A DNA stretch of 56,992 bases, taken from Dehalococcoidia bacterium. GTDB lineage: Bacteria; Chloroflexota; Dehalococcoidia; Dehalococcoidales; JAUXAP01. Made by a program: the position numbers and the translations under genes. Of the stretch, positions 29,596 through 38,821 are shown one piece after another; position 1 is the first letter of the stretch; each line of letters begins with the position of its first letter. The notes below the pieces were generated by a model. The model saw nothing but the letters and a program-made list of their open reading frames with translations. It did not search any database and was not told where the DNA came from. Location of the stretch: NCBI GenBank assembly GCA_030619865.1, contig JAUXAP010000004.1:1-56992 (forward strand), given 5' to 3'.

Positions 29596-30555
29596 TCAGA
29601 GTGTCATTTTTGACTTAGTAGCATATCTTATCCCCCAGTTCATAGCAGCCCAGACCCAGCACAGATTTCTGATGGTGAAGAGCAACGGTAGTAGCAGGAC
29701 ACAAGCATCCCTCTTACTAATGAGAAGGCTGAAAGTCTTGGGCAAGTGGACAAAAGGTAGTAGGAGAAGTAGAAGTAGTGTCCCGGGAGATGCCAGGCTG
29801 CCGAGGCAGGCAGCAAGGAGCAAGGCTATGGTGAGGGGTACCTGGAGAATCATCCCCAGGCCAGTTACCTCATCGCTAGATTTACCTAACCTTCGAGCCA
29901 GTTCCATACGATAGTAGGCATAGTTATACTGCTGCCGAAGGTAGCCCTTGAGGTCATCTCTCCAGTAGTGTCGGCATCTAACATCCTTCCTCAGTATGAG
30001 ACGATAGCCAGCAGATTTCAGCCTCCGGCTCAGGTCAACGTCATATCCTGCCTTGAGTTCCTCATTGAGGAGTCCAACTTCAAGGAGAGTCTCACGGCGG
30101 CAGGCAGTATTCGTGGTGGAGAGGTGATCAGTATCCATTGGGACCCTGTCCAATCGTGATTCCACATCATAGCCCATAAGCTTCCCTATAATGCTCCTGT
30201 TTGCCGTCACTACATACCCCCACACAGCGGCTACGGCAGGGTTGTCAAAGGAGGGGATTATTTTCTCAAGCCAATCCTTCTCCAGCACGGCATCGGCATC
30301 AAGCAGAACCATCATATCGTGTTGTGCCCTCTTTATCCCGATATTGGTTGCTCGTGCTGCTCCCCCATGGGGCACATCGATGACCTCTACTCCAGGGAAG
30401 GAGGAGGCGATCTCAGCGGTCTTATCAGTACTACCATCGTTTACTACAATGACCTCAAGGTCACCGGTCCACTTCAGGTTGGTGGCAGCTTGGAGGCACT
30501 CACGGAGGGTGTGCTCGGCATTATAGGCCGGTATTACAATGCTTACGCCATTCAC
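29596..30555 (-). CDS. Glycosyltransferase family 2 with C-terminal TM helices
   Basis: SIVIPAYN, VNDGSTD, LDAD, YDVDL, YLRQQYNY. Confidence 0.9.
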   Translation of the reverse strand: MNGVSIVIPAYNAEHTLRECLQAATNLKWTGDLEVIVVNDGSTDKTAEIASSFPGVEVIDVPHGGAARATNIGIKRAQHDMMVLLDADAVLEKDWLEKIIPSFDNPAVAAVWGYVVTANRSIIGKLMGYDVESRLDRVPMDTDHLSTTNTACRRETLLEVGLLNEELKAGYDVDLSRRLKSAGYRLILRKDVRCRHYWRDDLKGYLRQQYNYAYYRMELARRLGKSSDEVTGLGMILQVPLTIALLLAACLGSLASPGTLLLLLLLPFVHLPKTFSLLISKRDACVLLLPLLFTIRNLCWVWAAMNWGIRYATKSKMTL

Positions 30556-30589
30556 TAGTCAATACTGTCCTTAATGGCTAAAGAATCCC

Positions 30590-31312
30590 CTAGATAGCAA
30601 GAATCATCACCACTTGAGTATAGACTATACCCATAAAAATGATGAACAGTACCCAGGTAACGGTGTTAAACCTTAACCTCACTCTCTTTAGGATAGCGAT
30701 AGTTTTCCCCTGAAGCAGTGGCTGGGTCAGCTCCGAGAAGATGAGCAGGGCGATGAGAACAATGGTGTAGAGCAACCCCACATTGAATCCTATATTGGTG
30801 CCCATGGTGCTCTGGTAGTAGGTCATGGTGGACATGGAGCTCATCACTGAGGTGGAGAAGGAGGCAAAGCTCACAAAGCTGCTCGCCACCTGAGGAGGAA
30901 AGGGTGGTGAGGATAGAAACTTCTCATAATCCCCTTGCTCCGATTGGGTCCTGACTATGAAGCTTAGCCGCTCCCCTAGCGGAACGGGATTCTTATAGGC
31001 ATACTTGTAGGTCTTGCCAAAGCTAGGGGCTATGGTGGTAATCCCCTCCTTTAGAAGCTCTCCATTGGCATAGAACTGGTAGCTGGTGATTAGGGCATCA
31101 GAGGATTGGTTGTTCAGTTTGAAGGTGGCTATTATAGGCTCACCCTCTCTGGGTACCTGGGGGATGACCGTTATGCTCACCGGGTCTGAGGCCCCCCTCA
31201 CCGTCAGCCAAAAGCTGCCGAGGAGAAGTATCGCCAACCAGACAGTGACCACCTTAAATCTTGTGCCCCTATCCTTGTTCTGTTCTGTTTTACTGTTCAT
31301 CATTCTTGACAT
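30590..31312 (-). CDS. Hypothetical membrane-anchored protein (N-terminal TM, beta-rich domain, Ser/Thr tract, two C-terminal TMs)
   Basis: 240-aa ORF abutting the exosortase stop; hydropathy pattern. Confidence 0.7.
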   Translation of the reverse strand: MSRMMNSKTEQNKDRGTRFKVVTVWLAILLLGSFWLTVRGASDPVSITVIPQVPREGEPIIATFKLNNQSSDALITSYQFYANGELLKEGITTIAPSFGKTYKYAYKNPVPLGERLSFIVRTQSEQGDYEKFLSSPPFPPQVASSFVSFASFSTSVMSSMSTMTYYQSTMGTNIGFNVGLLYTIVLIALLIFSELTQPLLQGKTIAILKRVRLRFNTVTWVLFIIFMGIVYTQVVMILAI

Positions 31313-32233
31313 TTATCGATCACTAATAATTGGTAGTTTCACGGCACGCCGTAGTCGCCCAAACTGCCGAAAGTAGATGTAGGCGAAGAGGAGATACCAC
31401 AGAGGGAACAGGATGTAGATTGACCAGAAGTGTGCCGTCCACAGGGCCTGCTCACCTAGGTAGTAGCCCACCAGCATCAGTATGACCAGCCTGATGAAGC
31501 TCTGAAACCAGGTGCCTACCACCCCAAAGAGGAAGAGCCCTGTTGCTTTTTTCAGCGGCAGGGGCATATCCAGCGTCATCAGGGCAAAGATAGCTAGGAA
31601 AACCCCCATGGTTGCTGGGCCGGCACAGGCTGCGGTGATGGCTACCGATATAGGCTCTCCTGTAAAGCTTGTAAAATGAACCCATTGCCCCTGGTTCTGG
31701 AGTGAGTAGCCCAGAGTGGTCAGCAGCCCTACCACCGGGGCAATGGCAGTCAGGGAGTAGGCATGCTCGGCAAAGCGCTGAACCGCCAAGGGGAAGGAAA
31801 TGGCAAAACTATATATGGCAAGGAGGATGGAGGGTATCTTGGCCCCCCTGCCAAAGAAAACGACAAATACCCCCAGCGATGCCAGCAGAACCTGAAATAC
31901 CAGGTAGTCTCGGGAAGAAGGCATAAGCAGAGCGCCTGCCATTAATGCTAATCCTATCGGGATAAAGACGAGGCTTTGACCTTGCCTCATCTTGTCCCAA
32001 ACTTGTTTCCTTTTAAGCCAGAGGAAGACAAAGCACAGGGCTAAGACTCCCCAGGGGGCGGCGTGGTGCTGCCCTAGAACCCAGCTTGGCGATAGCATAC
32101 CTGGCAGACTTGCCCAGAACTCTCGGAAGAAGATGACGGAGAGCGTGAGAGAGAAAACTAACCACAGCAGTAACCTCACCGGCACTTCAAGGTTCAAAGG
32201 GCCAGATGCTAAAATTGTTCTTGAGCTTTTCAT
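31313..32233 (-). CDS. Exosortase/archaeosortase family protein
   Basis: Multi-TM; catalytic Cys in ITAACAG, Arg in SFIRL, His in TAH. Confidence 0.8.
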   Translation of the reverse strand: MKSSRTILASGPLNLEVPVRLLLWLVFSLTLSVIFFREFWASLPGMLSPSWVLGQHHAAPWGVLALCFVFLWLKRKQVWDKMRQGQSLVFIPIGLALMAGALLMPSSRDYLVFQVLLASLGVFVVFFGRGAKIPSILLAIYSFAISFPLAVQRFAEHAYSLTAIAPVVGLLTTLGYSLQNQGQWVHFTSFTGEPISVAITAACAGPATMGVFLAIFALMTLDMPLPLKKATGLFLFGVVGTWFQSFIRLVILMLVGYYLGEQALWTAHFWSIYILFPLWYLLFAYIYFRQFGRLRRAVKLPIISDR

Positions 32234-32262
32234 TATTTAATTCTGGTCTCCTTCTTTCATGC

Positions 32263-33081
32263 TTAACCTAGCAGGTAAGGCAACACTGATACCAGGATCA
32301 CATTGTTTATTCCGTGAGCCACAATAGGTGCTACCAAGCTCTTCGTCTTGTAGTACAAACCTCCCAGGATAAGCCCAGCGAGGAAGACGAAGCCAAGTTC
32401 AGGAATCGACCTCCAGGTGAGGTGCATCACTGCAAATAGGCAGGAAGCACCGAGCACTCCCCACTTCCAGCCGAAGATATTCATCATGTCACGTTGAATC
32501 AAACCCCGGAAAAGTAGCTCCTCCCCAATGCCCACGAAGCAGAGCATATAGACCATGTCCCGGAAGAGGTATTTCACCTCGAAGGCAGGGAAGGCAGGAG
32601 CGGGGCGAAGGATGAAGTATTCAATTGTCCCCAGCGGAATGCCAATTGCCAGGCCTATGAGCGAGTATCTCAGCAGCTTTTCCTTACTGAAGCCAAAAAG
32701 CTCTTTCAGGCTCAGCTTCTTCTGATAGACATGCCACAGGCACAAGCCCAGAATACAAGAGTAGACTGCTGGCAGAAGATACTGTTGGTTAATGAAGAAC
32801 CAGGGTAGGGCGGCGGTGAACAGAATATACAACGGAATAAGGGCTAACGACTCACCACATTTGGTTATCCCCTCGTCGAGGTGAAAGAGGGATAACATGA
32901 GGTATATTATGGTAGCCAGGGCAAGTGCGATAATTATGCCGTAAGCCACATTTTGGTAGGCAAAGACATATTCGCAGGCAGCAATAGCTACCACAATGCC
33001 AGCGATGAATAAGACCTGCTGTGGTCTGAGCCTTCTCCTCTCAACCCACTCTCTCTGAGCTTTTTCTGCTATCGCCTGCAT
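32263..33081 (-). CDS. CPBP (Abi/CAAX) intramembrane metalloprotease
   Basis: GEELLFRG, FAVMH, AHGINN. Confidence 0.92.
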   Translation of the reverse strand: MQAIAEKAQREWVERRRLRPQQVLFIAGIVVAIAACEYVFAYQNVAYGIIIALALATIIYLMLSLFHLDEGITKCGESLALIPLYILFTAALPWFFINQQYLLPAVYSCILGLCLWHVYQKKLSLKELFGFSKEKLLRYSLIGLAIGIPLGTIEYFILRPAPAFPAFEVKYLFRDMVYMLCFVGIGEELLFRGLIQRDMMNIFGWKWGVLGASCLFAVMHLTWRSIPELGFVFLAGLILGGLYYKTKSLVAPIVAHGINNVILVSVLPYLLG

Positions 33082-33291
33082 TGTATCTCTTTAACCTCCC
33101 CACAAGTAATTAGTGGTCATAAGCCAGAATTCAGTCTACTTTAAATAATAGGTTACCTCTTCAAAGGGAACCTCTTCACCTTGCTCATAAATCTGGCATT
33201 AAATTTCTATAAAGGCCGTCCTCCTAAGCATGCTGTGCAGTATAGGTTCGCCATTTGGCAAATCTTTTGGTAAAAATTTTTTCAACTCATT

Positions 33292-33333
33292 AATTTGAAG
33301 TGCTTCTAGGGTTTTATTCTGCTCATCTTTCAT
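33292..33333 (-). pseudogene. 5' stub of a ferritin/rubrerythrin-like gene
   Basis: GGAGGTG RBS then MKDEQNKTLEALQI right after fur; resembles from memory the N-terminus of Dehalococcoidia ferritin-like proteins; similarity stops abruptly. Confidence 0.35.
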
Positions 33334-33349
33334 ACATACTCACCTCCGG

Positions 33350-33736
33350 TCACTTCTTAGCTTTCTGACACTCTCTGCATAACCCGTGAAACTCAAGTCG
33401 ATAGTATGAAATCTTAAAGCCTGTTTTCCGGGCTACACTCCCATTGAATTTCTGGCCTACTGGCTCATCAATATCAAAGACCTGGCCACATTTCTCACAC
33501 GTGAAATGGTCGTGATTATCTGTCCTAGCATCAAACCTGCTGGCAGTACCGTTAAGCTCTAGTTCTAAAATCTCCCCTCTTTCCTTTAATAGCCTAAGGT
33601 TGCGATAGACCGTTCCCAAACTGATGTTGGGTATCTCCTTCCTCACCTCGTCGTATATCCAGGTGGCTGTAGGGTGGGAAGCCGTACTTTTCAAGACCCT
33701 GAGAATAACTTCTTTCTGTTTGGTTTTCTTTAGCAT
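33350..33736 (-). CDS. Fur/PerR family transcriptional regulator
   Basis: TKQKEVIL, HPTA, SLGTVYRNL, HDHFTCEKC, GLCREC; true start is ATG 33736, not the longer ORF. Confidence 0.93.
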   Translation of the reverse strand: MLKKTKQKEVILRVLKSTASHPTATWIYDEVRKEIPNISLGTVYRNLRLLKERGEILELELNGTASRFDARTDNHDHFTCEKCGQVFDIDEPVGQKFNGSVARKTGFKISYYRLEFHGLCRECQKAKK

Positions 33737-33747
33737 TTCTTCATTTT

Positions 33748-33766
33748 GAGAATAATTATCATTATC
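33748..33766 (-). promoter_or_regulatory. Fur box
   Basis: GATAATGATAATTATTCTC, 17/19 to the consensus GATAATGATAATCATTATC, 11 bp upstream of the regulator ATG. Confidence 0.85.
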
Positions 33767-33854
33767 AGAAATATGGTAACGAAAGGTAGCCCTCTTGTCA
33801 AGGGGGCTACCGGGTACTTTGAGATAGTACTTTGGACCTATGTTATCATCAAGA

Positions 33855-34905
33855 TCAAGGGTGAAGAACGGTAACGACGGCTTCAGCAGATGCCTCGTTG
33901 CCGGCACAGTCATGGGCGGTAAGTCGGAAGATATAAGTGCGGCCGTCTTTGTCACCACCGTTGCACCACGCCTCCACCGAGACTGTTCCCGGAAGGGGAG
34001 AACCTAAATCCTGGTTAAACACCCCGTACTCGTCAATCAACACTGTGTTGATTGCGCCGTAGGGGAAGCCTGAAAGTGCGTCTTCAGCCGTACCACTGTA
34101 GTCAACAAGTACCATTTCACCCTTTTTTATTCTGTCTATCTCACTGGGGACAGCGGTCTCGGTTAAGGTAGGTGGTGTCTTGTCGATCTTAATTTTCTCA
34201 AATACTGGTGGCCCTTCATCGTTGCCAGCATTGTGCCATGACCTGGCTAGTACCAAATGATAGCCCTCGGCAGTGACGGTAAAGGGTGAGGTATAGGTAT
34301 TCCAGGTTTCGCCACTATCCAGGCTGTACTTGGTTTCGACCATGCCTGAGCCACCCTCGTTATCCGTAGCTGTTAGCGTTACCTCTACATCCGATACGTA
34401 CCAGCCATAGCCCCCCATCGTTCCGTTCGCGGATATAGTAGTGGTAGGAGCACTCTGGTCTGGCGGCTCACTGAAATTAATTGCCAGGTCGGCATTTATA
34501 ATTCCGCAGCCGAATCGGGTATCCCAGCCTGGTTCTCCCAAGTCCTCCGCCGAGTCCCTGAGCCGGTGCCGAACATCAACATTGTCGGTCAAGCCGGAGG
34601 CTATCAGCAGGGCGGCTACTCCAGCGCCGTGAGGCCCCGATGCTGAGGTACCGGTAAGGTAACCGTAGTCACCACCCATAGCCGTTGAGTAAATGTTGAC
34701 CCCGGGTGCTACCAGTTCCAGGGTGTAGCCGGTACTGGAGGAGGTATACCGAGCATTCTGTTCGTCGGTAGCCCCGACCGCGATGACCGACTCACACCGA
34801 GCTGGAGACCATACATTGTTTCCCTCACCACTGGCATCGCCTCCATTGCCGGCACCAGCCACGATGACAATACCAGCGTTGTAGGCGTTATCTAAAGCCT
34901 CTATT
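33855..34905 (-). pseudogene. 5'-truncated subtilisin-like S8 protease with C-terminal Ig-like domains
   Basis: AGAGN oxyanion, VIAVGAT, LVAPG, GTSAS Ser motif present; signal peptide, prodomain and catalytic Asp/His regions absent. Confidence 0.8.
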
Positions 34906-35175
34906 ACCACTAGTCTTATATTATAGAGCAAAAAATGTTAATTGTTAATACAAACCATCCTGCCCTAAGCACTAACAAGGTAACAACAGTGAAAAAAGTT
35001 CGGATTTTTGCCCTGGCTTCAACTTAATTTACTTGTTGCCTCAACAATACGAGCAAATTGGCCCAAGGCTCAGCTTGCATCTTAGACGGAGGTAAATTCT
35101 TTTATTGTTGACACCACTCGCATTTAGCTTTATTCTATCGGGAGAATAAAGTTCATAATGGGGGTAAGAAAGGTA

Positions 35176-35739
35176 ATGGAAGAAAGAATAGTTTATTTTT
35201 CAGATTCTGGCCGTGAGAACACAGAGGAGGTGCTTGGCATTGTTAAGCGTCGGGCAGAAGAGCTAAACATCAAGAGCATCCTGGTGGCTTCTACCAGTGG
35301 AGATACCGCAGTCAGGGCTATGGAAGTCCTTAAGGGAGTTAAAGTAATTGCGGTGAGCCACTCTACAGGTATGGGGGAACCCAATGTCCAGCAATTCACC
35401 GAGGAAAACAGGCAGAAATTTGAAAGCAAAGGTGGTATAGTGCTTACTACCATGCACGCCTTTGCTGGGCTGAGCAGGGCCATGCGCAACAAATTCAATA
35501 TGTATCTCTTTCCGGAAGTTGTAGCCAGTACGCTGCGTATCTTTGGGCAGGGAATGAAGGTAGCCTGTGAAATCACCCTGATGGCGGCTGATGCTGGCTT
35601 GGTACGCACCGATGAGGATGTTATTGTCATAGCCGGTAGTGGCAGGGGGGCAGATACTGCTCTGGTGCTGACACCAGTTAATTCTAATGACTTCTTCGAC
35701 CTTAAGATTAAGGAGATTCTCTGTAAACCCCACTTCTAA
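35176..35739 (+). CDS. Pyruvate-kinase alpha/beta (C-terminal)-domain protein
   Basis: G.ENTEE, VASTSGDTA, FGQGMKVACEI.LMAADAG, G.GADTA. Confidence 0.85.
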   Translation: MEERIVYFSDSGRENTEEVLGIVKRRAEELNIKSILVASTSGDTAVRAMEVLKGVKVIAVSHSTGMGEPNVQQFTEENRQKFESKGGIVLTTMHAFAGLSRAMRNKFNMYLFPEVVASTLRIFGQGMKVACEITLMAADAGLVRTDEDVIVIAGSGRGADTALVLTPVNSNDFFDLKIKEILCKPHF

Positions 35740-35751
35740 AGGAGGAGAGGC

Positions 35752-36060
35752 ATGAGTGATGTCTTAGATGAAGCCTACGAGTTAGTTCAGTGCAAGGAAT
35801 GCCCGTGGTATAAAGCCTGTGTAATGCCGATGAGGTTTACTTCTGAGGATATCCGCCGGCAGCTAGAGTCCTCAGCACCAGGGGTAGATATTTCTCATCA
35901 GGCTGACCTCGGCATACAAAATCTTCTATCCAGTATGGCAACTGCCGCTCAGAACTCACTGCTAGAAGGTTGCCCTGTTTTCATTAACCGCTTGCGGGCT
36001 AATCCCAAGCTCGCCCAGCGCCTAAAGGAAATAATGCAAAACTGGGGCAAGGAAGAATAG
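35752..36060 (+). CDS. Hypothetical Cys-motif protein
   Basis: Strong AGGAGAG RBS; CKECPWYKAC...EGCP. Confidence 0.7.
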   Translation: MSDVLDEAYELVQCKECPWYKACVMPMRFTSEDIRRQLESSAPGVDISHQADLGIQNLLSSMATAAQNSLLEGCPVFINRLRANPKLAQRLKEIMQNWGKEE

Positions 36061-36145
36061 ATGTACCCCCTGCTCAATTGAGCTAGGAGCGCTTGCCCAC
36101 ATCTCAAAATAACAAAGGCATTAATAAGAATTAGTGGAGCATTAA

Positions 36146-37717
36146 ATGACTGAAGACAGCCAAGCAAAGGAAAGACAGTTAGCTGAACTAAGGAAACGCC
36201 GGGAAAGAATAAAAGGGATGGGTGGAAAGGAGCGTGTGGAAATACAGAAAAAGAAAGGCAAACTAACGGCACGAGAGCGAATAGACCTCCTGTTGGATAA
36301 GGGGACATTTCGTGAGGTTGGGATGTTTGCTAAAAGTAGAGGTGCGGCTTCTTATGGAGAAGTGCTGGCCGATGCGGTAATCACTGGTTACGGGAAAATT
36401 GATGGAAGAAGAGTGTATCTCTTCTCCCAGGACTTCACCAGCATGGGTGGAACCCTATCAGAAATACATGCCAAAAAGATTTGCAATGTAATTGATAGTG
36501 CGCTAAGGGAAGGGTGCCCAATCATAGGCATAAATGATTCCGGAGGGGCAAGAATTCAGGACGGTGTGGATGCTTTAGCTGGTTACGGACAAATCTTTTT
36601 CAGAAATACACTAGCCTCGGGGGTAATTCCCCAGATATGCGCTATCATAGGACCATGCGCCGGGGGAGCAGTATACTCTCCAGCACTGATGGACTTCATA
36701 TTCATGGTTAAAGGCATAAGTTACGCCTTTATCACTGGACCTAGGGTAGTCAAAGCGGTAATGGGGGAAGAGATTAGTGAGGAAGAGCTTGGTGGGGCTA
36801 TTGTTGCCCAGAGAAAAGCAGGAGTTGTTTGCCGCTCTGAAAATAGTGAGGAGGAATGCCTGCAAAGCATAAAGGAATTATTGAGTTACTTGCCATCAAG
36901 TAATAGAGAAGGGCCAAAAAGAATTGATTGGGGAGATAATCCAGACCGTATAGAGGCGTCTTTATTTGATATTATTCCGGCCAATCCAAGCAAGCCATAT
37001 GACATGCATCAGATAATTGAGAAGATATTTGACCAGAGAAAGGGTGAGAAGAAAAATTACTTCGAGATATTCCCTATATTTGCTACTAATATAATTACCT
37101 GTTTCTCCAGGCTGAATGGGTGGTCAGTGGGTATAATAGCCAATCAACCGATGTCGAAAGCAGGATGCTTGGATATAGATGCTTGTGATAAGGCATCTAG
37201 GTTTATTAGATTTTGTGATGCCTTTAATATCCCCATTATCAATCTGGTTGATGTACCCGGATACCTGCCAGGAACAGACCAAGAGTGGGGTGGAGTAATC
37301 AGACACGGAGCAAAGATGCTTTATGCTTATTCAGAGGCAACAGTACCAAAGCTAACCCTTGCCATTAGAAAAGCGTATGGAGGCGCATATCTTGGCATGT
37401 GCAGTAAAGATTTGGGAGCTGATATTGTATTTTGCTGGCCTAGCACTGAGCTTGCGGTGATGGGGGCCGAGGGAGCAGCCCCAATAATATTCAGAAAAGA
37501 GCTGAAAAAGGCAGCGGACCCAGAGAAATTTTTACAAGAAAAGATAAAAGAATACAGGGAGGAATTTGCCAATCCATATCGAGCCGCTGAGCATCTACAT
37601 GTTGATGACGTGCTTGACCCAGCAGAAACAAGGCCGAGACTGATAGAGGCTTTAGAAATGGCAATGACTAAAGTAGGGAGAAAACCTGACAAGAAGCACG
37701 GGGTTATGCCTACATGA
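36146..37717 (+). CDS. Acyl-CoA carboxylase carboxyltransferase subunit (PccB/MmdA-like)
   Basis: GKLTARERI, DSGGARIQDG, GPCAGGAVYSPAL, RFCDAFNIP, RKAYGGAY. Confidence 0.93.
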   Translation: MTEDSQAKERQLAELRKRRERIKGMGGKERVEIQKKKGKLTARERIDLLLDKGTFREVGMFAKSRGAASYGEVLADAVITGYGKIDGRRVYLFSQDFTSMGGTLSEIHAKKICNVIDSALREGCPIIGINDSGGARIQDGVDALAGYGQIFFRNTLASGVIPQICAIIGPCAGGAVYSPALMDFIFMVKGISYAFITGPRVVKAVMGEEISEEELGGAIVAQRKAGVVCRSENSEEECLQSIKELLSYLPSSNREGPKRIDWGDNPDRIEASLFDIIPANPSKPYDMHQIIEKIFDQRKGEKKNYFEIFPIFATNIITCFSRLNGWSVGIIANQPMSKAGCLDIDACDKASRFIRFCDAFNIPIINLVDVPGYLPGTDQEWGGVIRHGAKMLYAYSEATVPKLTLAIRKAYGGAYLGMCSKDLGADIVFCWPSTELAVMGAEGAAPIIFRKELKKAADPEKFLQEKIKEYREEFANPYRAAEHLHVDDVLDPAETRPRLIEALEMAMTKVGRKPDKKHGVMPT

Positions 37718-37744
37718 ATTCTAGAAACAAGAAAGGGGGCCTTC

Positions 37745-38785
37745 GTGAAGATTATCGACCTGCGTAGCGATACGATAACTCTCCCCACGGAGGAGATGCG
37801 TAAGGCGATGTATGAGGCTGAGTTGGGGGATGATGTCTTTGGGGAAGACACCACGGTTAATCGGTTGGAACAAATGGCGGCTGAGAGGTTGGGGAAGGAG
37901 GCGGCACTTTTTACACCTAGCGGCACTATGAGCAACCTTGTCGCCGTCCTGACTCATACTCACCCCGGTGAGGAAATTCTGCTGGGTAGCGAGGCCCACA
38001 TTTTGTGGCATGAGGTGGGGGGTGCATCCACCTTGGGAGGGGTCGTGATGCGCACCATCCCTAACGACCAAGATGGCCGGGTGGACCCAGGTGTTATGGA
38101 GCAAACCATTCGGCCGAAACAGATGCAGTATCCTCAGACTACGCTGCTCTGCTTGGAGAACACCCATAACCGCTGTGGCGGCACTGTTCTCACCCCTGAA
38201 TACACCTCTGCTATTGCTGACCTTGCTCATCATCATGGGCTTCGGGTTCACTTGGACGGAGCCCGCATCTTCAATGCTGCCATTGCTCTTAATGTACCCG
38301 CTAGTGAACTGGCTAAGCCTGCGGACTCTGTCTGTTTTTGCCTCTCCAAGAGCCTCAGCGCTCCTGTGGGTTCTCTCCTTTGTGGGACTCAAGAGTTTAT
38401 AGGGAGAGCCCGTAAATGGCGCAAGATGTTGGGAGGAGGGATGCGCCAGGTAGGAGTCATTGCCGCCGCTGGCATCATTGCTCTCCAGGAAATGGTCAAT
38501 CGTCTGGCTGATGACCATGCTAACGCTCAGCACTTAGCGCAGGGTCTTGCCCATATCCCTGGCATCGCTATTCACCCGGAGAAGATTCAGACCGACATCG
38601 TGATGTTCGAACCTCCGACTACCATGTCTGCTCCTGAGTTTATTGAACAGATGGCTAGTAGAGGTGTCAAGTTTACCTATCCCGGCGGACGAAGAGTGCG
38701 GGCCGTCACTAATCGTATGGTTGGGACTGCGGATATAGACGAGGCTCTGAACCGCGTTGAGCTTTTTGTGAGAGAGCTGGGCTAG
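37745..38785 (+). CDS. ltaE: Low-specificity L-threonine aldolase
   Basis: IDLRSDT, GDDVFGED, SGTMSN, LENTHN, HLDGARIFNA, CLSK, GGGMRQ. Confidence 0.93.
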   Translation: MKIIDLRSDTITLPTEEMRKAMYEAELGDDVFGEDTTVNRLEQMAAERLGKEAALFTPSGTMSNLVAVLTHTHPGEEILLGSEAHILWHEVGGASTLGGVVMRTIPNDQDGRVDPGVMEQTIRPKQMQYPQTTLLCLENTHNRCGGTVLTPEYTSAIADLAHHHGLRVHLDGARIFNAAIALNVPASELAKPADSVCFCLSKSLSAPVGSLLCGTQEFIGRARKWRKMLGGGMRQVGVIAAAGIIALQEMVNRLADDHANAQHLAQGLAHIPGIAIHPEKIQTDIVMFEPPTTMSAPEFIEQMASRGVKFTYPGGRRVRAVTNRMVGTADIDEALNRVELFVRELG

Positions 38786-38821
38786 AAAGATTTACTGAAA
38801 TCGGAAGGAGATTCATAAGGT

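Noticed and set aside
33737-33958. N-terminal extension of the 202-aa Fur ORF
   Set aside because: It overlaps the subtilase 3' end and the Fur box; similarity starts at ATG 33736
35025-35040. aatttacttgttgc resembling the element left end, near the subtilase breakpoint
   Set aside because: Short match needing a gap and with no partner end; could be chance
23424-35100. Integrase-type genomic island at tRNA-Asp
   Set aside because: I found no integrase and no duplicated tRNA 3' end, so it is not called a mobile element
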